DNA from: Escherichia phage Cyrano | DNA: 64,000 nucleotides | Sequence record: OV696614 | Strand: one strand, 5' to 3' | Part shown: in pieces, positions 29,307-39,173 of the stretch | How positions within the stretch are numbered: the stretch's first letter is position 1 | Layout: each line of letters begins with the position of its first letter | Notes under the pieces: generated by a model | What the model saw: the letters and a program-made list of their open reading frames with translations, nothing else | Told to the model about the DNA's origin: nothing | Database searches by the model: none | Translations under genes and position numbers: made by a program

Positions 29307-29975
29307 ATGACCAAGATCTTTGTGGTTGGCGGCACAAAGGGCGGGCCTGGCAAATCCACCGTTGCCCAGCAAATTGCCGTTTGCCTGAAAGTCAAAAAGA
29401 AGAAGAAGGTTTATATCACTGATATAGATATTCAGCGCACGACAACAAGCTGGTGTGAAGACCGTCGACAGAACGAAGACCTTGAGCTGATTCCTTTTGC
29501 ATACGTTCAGGATGACATCATTAAGCACCTAAAATCGCTTCAGGGTAGAGCTGAGTATGTAGTGGTAGATGCTGGTGGCTTCGACTCCGAAATTCAGCGA
29601 CAAGCGATGCTGATGGCCGACGTTATCATTATCCCGCTTCGTCCTAAGCGTCGTGATTTGAAATCTCTGCGTGACATTGATCCTATTATCGACAATGTTC
29701 GTAATGTAAACGATAAAGTGAAGGTCCGCGCGGTCATGAACCAGTGCCCGGCTTTGCCATCACAAGTGTCTCGCATTCTGGCGGCTAAAGAGATTGTTGA
29801 GACGTTTGGCATCGAGTCTGCGCCAGTCAATCTATATAACCGCAACGTCTATGATGATGCGGAAGAGTCTGGTCGTTCTATCTTTGAAATGACCGGTAGC
29901 GAGCGCGACAAAAAGGCGGAAGCCGAGTTTGAAGAATTTGTAGATTATCTGTTGAGTCTGGAGGAAGAAGAATAA
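29307..29975 (+). CDS. parA: ParA-family partition ATPase (small type Ib)
   Basis: deviant Walker A GGTKGGPGKST near N-terminus, 222 aa. Confidence 0.85.
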   Translation: MTKIFVVGGTKGGPGKSTVAQQIAVCLKVKKKKKVYITDIDIQRTTTSWCEDRRQNEDLELIPFAYVQDDIIKHLKSLQGRAEYVVVDAGGFDSEIQRQAMLMADVIIIPLRPKRRDLKSLRDIDPIIDNVRNVNDKVKVRAVMNQCPALPSQVSRILAAKEIVETFGIESAPVNLYNRNVYDDAEESGRSIFEMTGSERDKKAEAEFEEFVDYLLSLEEEE

Positions 29976-30334
29976 TGTCCATGAAAATGGGGGACCTAGC
30001 AAAGCGCAAAGAGCCTGATGCACCGGCTAAGAACACAACTCCTTTGCGCCAACCAGTCAGACCACAGGGACGCCCGACTCGTGGCAAAGAGAAAATTAAA
30101 AGCCGCACAATGTCACTGGAGGACGAATACTTCGAACTGCTGGAGATGATGAAGTTCATCCCTCGTTTCGAGAAATTCACCCGTTCAGACGTGATTCGCG
30201 CAGCCATTTTCCATCTGGCAGAGAAGTCACCGCAGGAAATCGAGGACATCGTGAAACTTAACGAGGCGATCACAGCTGCCGACGTAACGATGCGTACCGA
30301 TGAAATCAAACGCGAGTTGATGAAGAAAGGTTGA
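29975..30334 (+). CDS. putative centromere-binding partition partner (ParG-like)
   Basis: 119 aa, basic disordered N-terminus, translationally coupled to parA (ATAATG overlap). Confidence 0.45.
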   Translation: MSMKMGDLAKRKEPDAPAKNTTPLRQPVRPQGRPTRGKEKIKSRTMSLEDEYFELLEMMKFIPRFEKFTRSDVIRAAIFHLAEKSPQEIEDIVKLNEAITAADVTMRTDEIKRELMKKG

Positions 30335-30337
30335 TAA

Positions 30338-30363
30338 GAGAAGGCGTGATTAGACGCCTTCTC
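30338..30363 (+). terminator. hairpin after partition operon (terminator or attenuator)
   Basis: GAGAAGGCGT-gattag-ACGCCTTCTC inverted repeat; weak T tract. Confidence 0.3.
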
Positions 30364-30378
30364 TTAAAAGGTATATTT

Positions 30379-31134
30379 ATGCTTTACAAATATGTTGGAA
30401 GTAGCGTCCCGGAAGACACAATAAAGTATTTAAAGTATTACTTAGAAGATGGGAAAATTCGAGCAACTCGTCCGAATGATTTCAACGATCCTGCCGAGTT
30501 TAAAGTTAATTTTGATTATGATGCTGATATAGACGCCATTAAGAAAAGATTTTTTGAGCTTTGGCCTAATCATCACAATGATGAATTTGAACGCTGGTTA
30601 TTGAGTCAAACAGAACATAGTCGCAGTTTTGATAACTATATGATTAGAACAACTTTTCTGCAGTGTCGGGGAGTTATTTGTTTGACAAAAAGACCAGATA
30701 ATTATCTTATGTGGTCGCATTATGCGCATTCTCACTCTGGTTTTTGCATCGGATTTGATGATGGTTTTATAAATGCGTTTGATGATGGTTTTTTTGTTCG
30801 CGGTGAGGTCAAATATTCCTCTGATGTTCCGGTTGTAAATTTTTTTACCGACTCAGATAAAGAGATTGCAGCGGCTCTTTGCCTAAATAAAAGCGATGTC
30901 TGGGAATATGAAGAGGAGGTTAGAATCGTAACCGAGAATTGTGGCGTGAAATTATTTGATAAATCCTTAATTAAGGAAATAACAATAGGTTGTAAGGCTA
31001 GCAGTCAACTTCAAAATTATGTTCATCAACTATTTGATTCAGGTATCGAAATCTACAAAATGAAGTGCCCTCCAGGATCGTATAAGCTGGAAAAAATAAG
31101 ATTAGAGAAAGATACTGATTTTCTTGGATACTAG
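30379..31134 (+). CDS. DUF2971-like protein (function unknown)
   Basis: N-terminal LYKYVG..(28 aa)..FNDPAEF and central NYLMWSHYA.SHSGFCIGFD motifs match my recollection of the DUF2971 family; AT-rich relative to flanks; ATG 30379 chosen. Confidence 0.45.
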   Translation: MLYKYVGSSVPEDTIKYLKYYLEDGKIRATRPNDFNDPAEFKVNFDYDADIDAIKKRFFELWPNHHNDEFERWLLSQTEHSRSFDNYMIRTTFLQCRGVICLTKRPDNYLMWSHYAHSHSGFCIGFDDGFINAFDDGFFVRGEVKYSSDVPVVNFFTDSDKEIAAALCLNKSDVWEYEEEVRIVTENCGVKLFDKSLIKEITIGCKASSQLQNYVHQLFDSGIEIYKMKCPPGSYKLEKIRLEKDTDFLGY

Positions 31135-31157
31135 TATTGGTAGTGTCAACAATTATG

Positions 31158-31218
31158 ACCTGCTTCTGTATATAATAAGTAAATTAGTATTTATATATAT
31201 ACAGAAGCAGGTCTTTTA
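31158..31218 (+). terminator. long perfect inverted repeat / terminator
   Basis: 18 bp arms CCTGCTTCTGTATATATA ... TATATATACAGAAGCAGG, followed by TCTTTTAAA. Confidence 0.5.
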
Positions 31219-31327
31219 AAGACACCCACCAGAACAAGTCCCTTCCGTTTCCACTTCCAAAAACTGCCACCAGTCGCTATCATCCGCTCATTGTGATAAG
31301 TAAGTAACTACCTACCAGGTGAGCCAC

Positions 31328-32068
31328 ATGAGCCAAATCTTTTTCGATACCATCGACAACGACCAGTACGACTTCATGACAGAGTGGAATACCGCTGTTA
31401 TGGACAAGTGGGTTGCTGAAAACATTGGTTTGTCGCGCTGCAAAGACGAGGCTGAACTGTTTGAGACGAAGTGGTTTGATTACCGCGATATGCATCCTCT
31501 CATGGCCACCTGTCTGTTTACGGAGGCATACAAACGTCAGTACTCAAATATCATGCTGACGCACGGTCGTGAACACTTTGAAACAGCTCCGTTCACCACC
31601 GGGTTAAAACGCCTGCCTTATCAGGAGTTGTCGACTGCCAATAAAACGTCGCTATGGAAAGCACGCCAGTTTGCGGATCGCTATTGCTGCTCATACGACT
31701 ACTTTATCTCCACTGTTCTTTCCGCAGCTGCACGACGTCTGTGGGACAAGCTGCCTCGCCCACAGCATTTGTGGCAGCCAGAACTGATTGAGATATTTGA
31801 AGAGAAATTAGCCAGACGCGCAACAACCCGTCTGGATGACTCTGTGGTTAGCTTTAAGCATATGGGAGACATGCAGTTCAACCCGATTCAGGAAAGCTAT
31901 TTTGAGTGGATTCTGGAGCGTTTGCGCACCATCCCTCGCAGTAAGCGCATACGCGCAATTTTCTCCGCTATCTGGCTAATGGAAATCGTTCCAGAGCGCC
32001 TTATTTCCGCCCACTTTCCAGAAGAACTGGAAGAAGCACGGCGGTTTATTGATCCCCTATCTAATTAA
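31328..32068 (+). CDS. hypothetical protein
   Basis: about 246 aa ORF, ATG 31328 preceded by AGGTGA; no recognisable motif. Confidence 0.4.
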   Translation: MSQIFFDTIDNDQYDFMTEWNTAVMDKWVAENIGLSRCKDEAELFETKWFDYRDMHPLMATCLFTEAYKRQYSNIMLTHGREHFETAPFTTGLKRLPYQELSTANKTSLWKARQFADRYCCSYDYFISTVLSAAARRLWDKLPRPQHLWQPELIEIFEEKLARRATTRLDDSVVSFKHMGDMQFNPIQESYFEWILERLRTIPRSKRIRAIFSAIWLMEIVPERLISAHFPEELEEARRFIDPLSN

Positions 32069-32111
32069 CTAATACTAGAAAACAATTTGTTTAAAAAACA
32101 AAGGAAAGCAC

Positions 32112-33452
32112 ATGACCGAACTTTGCCATACAGGACGCGGGCTGTCCGAAGAGTTTGATGAAGATTTCCAGAACAGACTGACGGCATATTTTTGTCGTGA
32201 TCACGAGTTTCTTACTCGTGCGGGAGATCTGGTTGTGCCTAGCCAATTTGCCAATGCGGCCAATGCCATATTGGTTAATATGGTTTCGGGCTATTACCGT
32301 ATGTACAAGAGCGCGCCCTCTTCATCTGCAATTCTGGATATGCTTAAGCGTGCGAAACGCGATAAGACTATCCGTGAGGAACTATTCGCCGATGTTGTTG
32401 CTGCGTTTAAGCGCATTCTTGCAGAAAAATTGTCCGATACCTCGTACATGGTTGACCAGGTATCAACCTTCGCAAAAAGTGTAGCGTTTGATGATGCTCT
32501 GATTAAGGCTGCTGAACTGAAAGAGAAAGGCGACTTTCAGGGGGCGATGGCAATCATGGCCAAGGTTCAGCAGATTGGATCGAACGAAGCGACCGGAATC
32601 TATGACTACTACACCTCCGCAAGTGAGCGATTGAAAGCGCGTGAATATGAGGCTTCAGAGGAGTATGTGCCAAACAGCATTACAACTGGACTCCCTCTGC
32701 TCGATAGGTTGCTGTACCAAAAAGGCTGGGCAAAGCGCGAAATGGTGCTCTTCATGGGGTTCGCTAAATCCGGTAAATCGACCGCAATGGGTGAGTTTTC
32801 CATAAACGCAACGCTTGCTGGCTACAATGTTCTGTATCTCTCGCTGGAGGTTCACACCACCATTTTATCCGACCGTTTTGATGCAAGATTGTCGGAGACA
32901 GAAATGTCCAAGCTGGTGGAACGGCGCGATGAGGTTCATCGTAAGTTGGCAGAGTTGGGAGCCACGAAGGGGATTGGTAGTTTGTGGGTGGTTGAGCGTC
33001 CGTCAGGAAGTATGTCACCGGCAGATCTGGACCGTATGCTTAACAGCATGAAAGCCAACGGCATGGTACCTGACATGGTTGTTGTCGACTACGCAGATTT
33101 GATGCGTGCCAGTTATGACCTTCGTGATGATCGCGCCAACATTCGTAGTATCTACACCGATTTACGTGCTCTTTATGACAAGCATAACGTTGCTGGGATC
33201 ACGGCATCGCAGACAAACCGTGAAGGTGGCGCGTCAGAAGTTGCCACAATGATGCACGCTGCCGACAACATCGAAAAAGTACGTATTGCTGACCTGGTAA
33301 TAACGATCAACAAAACCGAAGAAGAAGAAGCGAAAGGAGAGGCTCGTCTCTACTTTGCTGGTTCACGTAACCAGCAGGGAGGGATCAGCATTCGCGTTAA
33401 ACAAAACCTCGAACAAATGCGCTTCATTGAGCGAATCTTAGACGTTACCTAA
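32112..33452 (+). CDS. dnaB: replicative DNA helicase, DnaB-like
   Basis: 446 aa; C-terminal RecA-fold with Walker A GFAKSGKST and Walker B VVVDYADL. Confidence 0.8.
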   Translation: MTELCHTGRGLSEEFDEDFQNRLTAYFCRDHEFLTRAGDLVVPSQFANAANAILVNMVSGYYRMYKSAPSSSAILDMLKRAKRDKTIREELFADVVAAFKRILAEKLSDTSYMVDQVSTFAKSVAFDDALIKAAELKEKGDFQGAMAIMAKVQQIGSNEATGIYDYYTSASERLKAREYEASEEYVPNSITTGLPLLDRLLYQKGWAKREMVLFMGFAKSGKSTAMGEFSINATLAGYNVLYLSLEVHTTILSDRFDARLSETEMSKLVERRDEVHRKLAELGATKGIGSLWVVERPSGSMSPADLDRMLNSMKANGMVPDMVVVDYADLMRASYDLRDDRANIRSIYTDLRALYDKHNVAGITASQTNREGGASEVATMMHAADNIEKVRIADLVITINKTEEEEAKGEARLYFAGSRNQQGGISIRVKQNLEQMRFIERILDVT

Positions 33453-33461
33453 AAAATAAGC

Positions 33462-34715
33462 GTGGAGAACACCTCCACGCTTGATTCATTGGTGAAACAA
33501 CTTTTCTTTTGCCAAACCACAAAAGAAAAACACATGAGCCTTTATGTTATATCAACATTTAGGTTGGTCACAATATTGCCTGTTAAAAGTGGAATTATCG
33601 TGAGCGAGCTGAAAGAGCTAATTACCGAATTAGATTTTGAACAATGGTTGGATACTGAAGGTATCGTTTATCGACGTGGAGGCGTGAGTACTCGCGGTCG
33701 TGAAGTGAATATCAAGGAGTGTCCGGTATGCGGCAGCTCCAACTGGAAGGTATATTTCAATCTGACCAGTGGCGTCGGTAAATGCTTCGCTGGTGATCAT
33801 CCCGAAGAGATTCAGTTCAATAAGCTGGTCTTCCTCAAGCACTACAGCGGCAAATCACGACGACAGTTCGAGGAATATGTGCAGAACGCCCTTCTTTCCC
33901 AGGGGTGGGCACCAAAGAAAGAAGAGCTAGTGCTTGCAAGCACAGTCGAGTTAGAGGGGCCAGTTGCACTCCCTCGTCATTACGAGCTTCCTATAGATGG
34001 CCGTCTTCCAGACTATCTGGTTGAACGAAACATATCGCCTGAAATGGCAAAATATTTTGACCTACGATACTGCGTCGAAGGCAAGCACGCCTATGTAGAT
34101 CCGTATACAGATCAGGTTAAAGGACAGATATTCGATATGCGAATACTGATACCGGTTTACGATCTGGATGGGGTAATGAAGACATTTCAGGGACGAGACA
34201 TTACCGGTACAGCAGAACGCCGCTACCTCTTTCCTATGCAGCTTCCAGCTTCAGGTAAGTTTCTCTACAACGGCCATAATGCAGTTGGCAAACAGACTGT
34301 AGTTGTCTGTGAGGGGGCGTTCGATGTTATGGGAGTTAAACGAGCTATTTTTGATGAAGAAACATTACGTGATTACGTGGAACCAATAGGAACGTTCGGG
34401 ATGCATCTATCTGGCAACACCACTCAGGATGCAGAAGATCAGTTGGGCGCGTTCCTGACGCTCAAGGCGCGTGGATTACGTAATGTGATCATGATGTGGG
34501 ATAGTGAAAAGCAAGCTATACGCAACACTATGGCCGCAGCCAAGCGACTGACCAGTATTGGTCTTAATGTCAAAGTAGCGTGTTTGGGCGAGGAAGGACT
34601 CGACCCAGGCGATGCAACGCCAGAACAAATTATCAAAGCCTATTATCGGGCAAAACCGTATACCAGACAGTTGGAGTTGCAAAGCAAGGTTTTAGGCATT
34701 AAGGCTCTATCGTAA
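33462..34715 (+). CDS. dnaG: DNA primase (zinc-ribbon + TOPRIM)
   Basis: CPVCGSS..(16)..CFAGDH zinc-binding motif; TOPRIM-like VVVCEGAFDVMG; true start may be ATG 33534, which carries the conserved leader. Confidence 0.75.
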   Translation: MENTSTLDSLVKQLFFCQTTKEKHMSLYVISTFRLVTILPVKSGIIVSELKELITELDFEQWLDTEGIVYRRGGVSTRGREVNIKECPVCGSSNWKVYFNLTSGVGKCFAGDHPEEIQFNKLVFLKHYSGKSRRQFEEYVQNALLSQGWAPKKEELVLASTVELEGPVALPRHYELPIDGRLPDYLVERNISPEMAKYFDLRYCVEGKHAYVDPYTDQVKGQIFDMRILIPVYDLDGVMKTFQGRDITGTAERRYLFPMQLPASGKFLYNGHNAVGKQTVVVCEGAFDVMGVKRAIFDEETLRDYVEPIGTFGMHLSGNTTQDAEDQLGAFLTLKARGLRNVIMMWDSEKQAIRNTMAAAKRLTSIGLNVKVACLGEEGLDPGDATPEQIIKAYYRAKPYTRQLELQSKVLGIKALS

Positions 34716-34790
34716 CAAGTGCCGATAAAATAAGTAGATGATTACTTATCTTTCTGTAAGAATACTTTCATCTGTTAGCTAGGAGTTTGT

Positions 34791-35573
34791 ATGAAAGACG
34801 AAATTCAGAAATTAGCCTGCGACATCATTGATAAAACTGGTTTAGAAATCAGCGAGAGCAATCGGCTAGACATCATTGAAAAAGCCGTAAAAACAGCAAT
34901 GGATCATATCGCCACTCGTTTGGTCGAGATCCCGCTACCGGGGCTACCTTATCTGAAGGTTAAGTTACACGTATGGGGTGAACCTTCTTGTGCACGGCGT
35001 TCTGCATTAGTTGTTTTTATTAGCAAAGAAAACCCGATCAGTCTTAAAGTGCAGGTTGGGGCATGGATGGATGGCAAAGCGATCTACACAAATACCGTTT
35101 TTTGTGCGTCAAATGACAGTATTATTGAAGAGGCTATTCAAGAATCACTTCTAACTATGCATAGCTTAGTTTTGCTGGAAGACAAGCAAAACTACGAAGA
35201 GTACTTACGGTCGATAAAAGGTGAGAGAACATTGTCACTTAAAGCCGATTTCGTTACCCCGACAAACCTGTTGGAAGTCTTGCTTAATAAAGGGGCTAAT
35301 GATGCTGTAAACCTAATCAGGGAGAGCGAATATTCGACTCTTTGGGACATGTGCAAAAGCCAGTTGGATCTTGTGCATATCATTGTTGATGCGGGTAAGG
35401 CGTGTGATGGCGTAATGGCGGAATTTGCTGGGAAGGTGGTCAGGATTGCTAACGAATTACCGATGATAGAGCAAGAGGCTAAATCATACGCCACCAATCA
35501 TGTCACAGAGCTTCTTGCCCCCTATCGCTTAGAAAGCAATCAGCGCAAGATGATTAGCTGGGGAAGTTGGTAA
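34791..35573 (+). CDS. hypothetical protein
   Basis: 260 aa ORF with AGGAG RBS; no recognisable motif. Confidence 0.4.
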   Translation: MKDEIQKLACDIIDKTGLEISESNRLDIIEKAVKTAMDHIATRLVEIPLPGLPYLKVKLHVWGEPSCARRSALVVFISKENPISLKVQVGAWMDGKAIYTNTVFCASNDSIIEEAIQESLLTMHSLVLLEDKQNYEEYLRSIKGERTLSLKADFVTPTNLLEVLLNKGANDAVNLIRESEYSTLWDMCKSQLDLVHIIVDAGKACDGVMAEFAGKVVRIANELPMIEQEAKSYATNHVTELLAPYRLESNQRKMISWGSW

Positions 35574-35628
35574 TCTCTCAGTGTGTCGTTTTTTACGCAA
35601 AGAATGATAGGTAAGTACAAGATTATTT

Positions 35629-36111
35629 GTGGCGGTGGTTGTGAAAGCTGATTTGTCAAAAATCCCCTCTATTTCAGGAAATAATGGTTATTCACTTCGT
35701 TGTGAGGAAGTAAAGATAAACGGTGAGTCGGCATATTGCAGCTACTCCGTTTGCCAGCACACCATTCTTGCCTTCAAAGAAAACCGTCTTCCTCGAACTT
35801 CATTCCAGTCGTGCGCAACCGCTATCAAAGCAGGCAAATGCAAGGCGTTAAAAATGATGGTTGAAGAGATTCGTAAAGGAGAATCTCTGTATTTCGAAGA
35901 TATGACCGCACTCATTAAGGAGGTTGAAGAACGGAATAAACAAGCCAGAACTATAAAACGAAAACGTGACAGTGTAACGATTAATAGCATGGTTAAGAAG
36001 AGCGCCACATCACAAACAGCGATCACTGACGTGTATGCGGCGTTGCTTGAAGAAACAACAAAAGAAACACATGAGCAAATCGATCAACATATGGAGGCAA
36101 AACAACAATGA
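35629..36111 (+). CDS. hypothetical protein (Cys-rich N-terminus)
   Basis: 160 aa, GTG start uncertain. Confidence 0.35.
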   Translation: MAVVVKADLSKIPSISGNNGYSLRCEEVKINGESAYCSYSVCQHTILAFKENRLPRTSFQSCATAIKAGKCKALKMMVEEIRKGESLYFEDMTALIKEVEERNKQARTIKRKRDSVTINSMVKKSATSQTAITDVYAALLEETTKETHEQIDQHMEAKQQ

Positions 36112-37430
36112 AAAAGTTGATCGCACTTAAGCATAAGCTGGACGAAATGAAAGCTATGGGAACCAATGCAAAAAAAGAGGCATTGGCCAACATGGATGAC
36201 TTTGAACAAAGCATGGTTTCATTGATGCTCAACCCTTTCATCCGTTTTGGGGTAAAGAAATACAAAGTGGCAGAGCCGCTTAGTGAGTCCGTCCCAAGTG
36301 ACGAAAAAGCCATTGATGTACTGAATAAGCTGGCCTCTCGCGAGCTGACGGGGAACGCAGCAATAGCAGCTGTTGAGTCTATCGTGGCGTCAATGTGCGC
36401 CGATGGGCAGGACGTGTTCCGTCGTTTCCTCTTAAAAGACCCGAAAGCAGGTGTTGGGATTAGCCTATGCAACAAGGTTTTTGAAAATCCCATTCCGAAA
36501 TTCGAGGTGCAGCTGGCGTCACCGTATAAAGAAAAAGGCGACAAATACCCCTTCAAGCCAAATCCTAAAGCAAAATGGCCGATGATTGGCAGTCTTAAGC
36601 TCGATGGTTTGCGAGTAATTTGCGAGGTTATTGTTGACGAGGAAGAGGTTAACTTCCTTTCTCGTACTGGTAATCCAATCACGTCTCTCGATCACCTAAA
36701 GCCAGCAATGCTCGAATTAGGCAAACTTTCAGGCCACAAACACATCTTCTTCGATGGTGAAGGAACAGCCGGTTCATTTAACCAGTCCGTATCTGCATTG
36801 CGCAAAAAGAACGTGCAGGCAATTGGCGCTATTTATCATGTTTTCGACTTCTTCCTACCGGAATGGCGGGCACAGGCTAAATCCAAAGAGTATGCAAAGA
36901 CAGGTATGAAGCTGAAAGAGCGCCTGGCTATTCTCGTGGCGTTGTTCAAAAACGATCGCAGTGAAGGCTACGCACAAGACATTCACCTGCATCCGTTCTA
37001 TATCATCCATAGCCACGAAGACTTCATCGAACGCTTCATGAAACGCCTGGACGATAACGAAGAAGGGGAGATGGGCAAAGATCCGAACTCTGTTTACGAG
37101 TTTAAACGTACCCGCAGCTGGTGGAAGTTAAAAGACGAAGATTCAGAAGATGGTGAAATTATCGATTTTGAGCCGGGCGATCCGGACTCTGGTTTTGCCA
37201 ACACGCTTGGAAAAATTGTTATTCGCCTTGAAAACGGTGTGATTGTTCGTGCGAGCGGCATTAAGCATAAATATCTGGACGAGATCTGGAACAACAAAGA
37301 GAAGTACCGTGGTCGTATTGTTGAGGTTCATTGTCACGAGAAAACACCGGATGGCAGCTTACGCCACCCCCGACTGAAATGGCCGCGTTGCTTACGCGAT
37401 ACAGAAGATCGAATCGGAGATAAAGAATGA
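36108..37430 (+). CDS. ATP-dependent DNA ligase
   Basis: 440 aa; nucleotidyltransferase motif I KLDGLRV (KxDGxR). Confidence 0.75.
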   Translation: MKKLIALKHKLDEMKAMGTNAKKEALANMDDFEQSMVSLMLNPFIRFGVKKYKVAEPLSESVPSDEKAIDVLNKLASRELTGNAAIAAVESIVASMCADGQDVFRRFLLKDPKAGVGISLCNKVFENPIPKFEVQLASPYKEKGDKYPFKPNPKAKWPMIGSLKLDGLRVICEVIVDEEEVNFLSRTGNPITSLDHLKPAMLELGKLSGHKHIFFDGEGTAGSFNQSVSALRKKNVQAIGAIYHVFDFFLPEWRAQAKSKEYAKTGMKLKERLAILVALFKNDRSEGYAQDIHLHPFYIIHSHEDFIERFMKRLDDNEEGEMGKDPNSVYEFKRTRSWWKLKDEDSEDGEIIDFEPGDPDSGFANTLGKIVIRLENGVIVRASGIKHKYLDEIWNNKEKYRGRIVEVHCHEKTPDGSLRHPRLKWPRCLRDTEDRIGDKE

Positions 37431-37606
37431 TGCTCGGCTGGATGATTGCATTTTTAGCAGTTGGTTTTTTCATAGGTATTGTGGTGATGTCCAGTTGCAT
37501 CAATGACTACATTAAAAGCGGTGTTATAGAAAGACGCGGTCGTATTTATCGCATTGTAGAAATAACCAACACCCTGAAGGAGATTAAGGATGATCGTATT
37601 AAGTAA
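37427..37606 (+). CDS. small single-pass membrane protein (59 aa), paralog of 37802..37954
   Basis: found by hand (below ORF-track cutoff); ATG overlaps ligase stop; TM helix then GRIYRIVEITN motif. Confidence 0.35.
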   Translation: MMLGWMIAFLAVGFFIGIVVMSSCINDYIKSGVIERRGRIYRIVEITNTLKEIKDDRIK

Positions 37607-37805
37607 ACGGGAGAAGGAAACGCTTCATGAAATCAGTAAGTGGCCGGAGTTCCCTGAGTACTGGAAGCCTAAAACGCGAGCTAAGTTAGAGCGTTTAGGG
37701 TTGGTTGCAAACGTTTCTGAAACGAAGTGTTCGGCCAACTACCAGTTAACTGATAAAGGGAAAGTATTGCTACAGCAATTAGTAGAATCAGGAGTGTTAA
37801 AATGA
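37590..37805 (+). CDS. hypothetical small protein
   Basis: 71 aa, overlaps neighbours at both ends. Confidence 0.35.
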   Translation: MIVLSKREKETLHEISKWPEFPEYWKPKTRAKLERLGLVANVSETKCSANYQLTDKGKVLLQQLVESGVLK

Positions 37806-37954
37806 TTCCATACATCTCATTAGCTTTTATGGGTGGCTTCCTTATCGGCTTCGGCATCTGTCGTGATTTAATTAAGCAGGAACTTAAAACCAAAACACTG
37901 TGCATCGGAAAGCGTGTGTATCGGGTAGTTCATGAAACAAAGGTTAGAAAATGA
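37802..37954 (+). CDS. small single-pass membrane protein (50 aa), paralog of 37427..37606
   Basis: found by hand; TM helix then KRVYRVVHETK motif; ATGA overlaps with flanking genes. Confidence 0.35.
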   Translation: MIPYISLAFMGGFLIGFGICRDLIKQELKTKTLCIGKRVYRVVHETKVRK

Positions 37955-38241
37955 GCAATTTAACTTCTTGGGACTGGTGGTTGGCCACCTATTTCTTAGC
38001 GGCCGGAGTCGCATTCGCCTTTTACGTAGGTCAGTTAGTCGTAAAACTGTTGCTGATTAAATTTGCTAGTCATAAACGTATCGATGATGGTCTGTGGCGT
38101 CTTGGCACCCTGGTGGAAACTCGCTACGGGCAACTTAAGGAGAACGAAACCATTACTATCCAGGCGAAACGATTCACTGCCACCATCACAAGAACACCTA
38201 GTCGTAGAGTGGCCTTGATCAAAAAAGTCACAACCGAATAA
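37951..38241 (+). CDS. small membrane protein
   Basis: 96 aa, N-terminal TM helix. Confidence 0.4.
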   Translation: MSNLTSWDWWLATYFLAAGVAFAFYVGQLVVKLLLIKFASHKRIDDGLWRLGTLVETRYGQLKENETITIQAKRFTATITRTPSRRVALIKKVTTE

Positions 38242-39020
38242 AAACATCATGATAAGTATTTACTTACTTATCTTTTATGTATAAGATGACTTTGTTTTCG
38301 TTGAGACGCGACTGTTTGAACTTAAATACAAGTGCAAACGAAGAAGTCTATCTGGCAGTAGCCTAATAAGCCAAACACCAGCGAGGTCAGTTTCCAGCCT
38401 CGTTACCGAAATGGGACACACTGAGCGAGTGTGATTGCAGAACGCAGGAGGGAACATTCATGTTCCCTCCGATGAAGTAACAGAATGGGCGGTTGGTATA
38501 TTTTCAACTCCATATGACTCCCGGATTCTTAGCCACTGACCGCCCATCCTGTTACGTCATTTTGTTCAATTATGTCGTTTATACTGGGTTAAAAAGCGGC
38601 GACGTAGCCCGGCTGGTATGGTTAGCCAGCACACAACGTTGAGGCCATTACATTTTTATCAATTCTAAGGTTCTATTCACAGAGATACCGGCGAGCGTTG
38701 ATATGTAACATGTTGGGCAAACATTCAATCGGAGTAGTGGCCTCAACGTTGTGAAGACGGGATTGTTGTGTAGGTTTAACCACTGTTGCCATTGGTGCCT
38801 GTTTTCACAACAAATGATTCCATACATCACATTGTATAAATTACAAAGTAGGTGCTGTCCTCAGAAACATCATCTACTTAAAGATTTTGCCTTCTACTAT
38901 TGAGCGAAGTCGAAAGCGTCTGGCACTAACGAAAAGTGCAAGTAGCGGTGCGTTTCCTGGCAGAAACTAAACCGTCGCGATTGGCACTGTTGAGTAAAAA
39001 AATACTGGCAGTGCCGAATT

Positions 39021-39095
39021 GATGGTGTAGCTCAGTGGTAGAGCAGTTGGCTGTTAACCAACTGGTCGGTGGTTCGAATCCACCCACCATCGCCA
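39021..39095 (+). tRNA. tRNA-Asn (anticodon GTT)
   Basis: manual fold: acceptor GATGGTG/CACCATC, D-arm GCTC..GAGC, anticodon loop CTGTTAA, T-arm GGTGG-TTCGAAT-CCACC, 3' GCCA. Confidence 0.85.
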
Positions 39096-39097
39096 AT

Positions 39098-39173
39098 GCC
39101 GGTTTAGCTCAGTTGGTAGAGCACCTGCCTTGTAAGCAGGATGTCAGCGGTTCGAATCCGTTAACCGGCACCA
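39098..39173 (+). tRNA. tRNA-Thr (anticodon TGT)
   Basis: manual fold: acceptor GCCGGTT/AACCGGC, anticodon stem CCTGC/GCAGG with loop CTTGTAA, T-loop TTCGAAT, 3' ACCA. Confidence 0.85.

Noticed and set aside
36056-36110. Short ORF starting at ATG 36070 preceded by the conserved leader ACAAAAGAAACACATG
   Set aside because: Encodes under 20 aa before a stop and lies inside the 35629..36111 ORF; more likely a vestigial copy of the leader than a gene.
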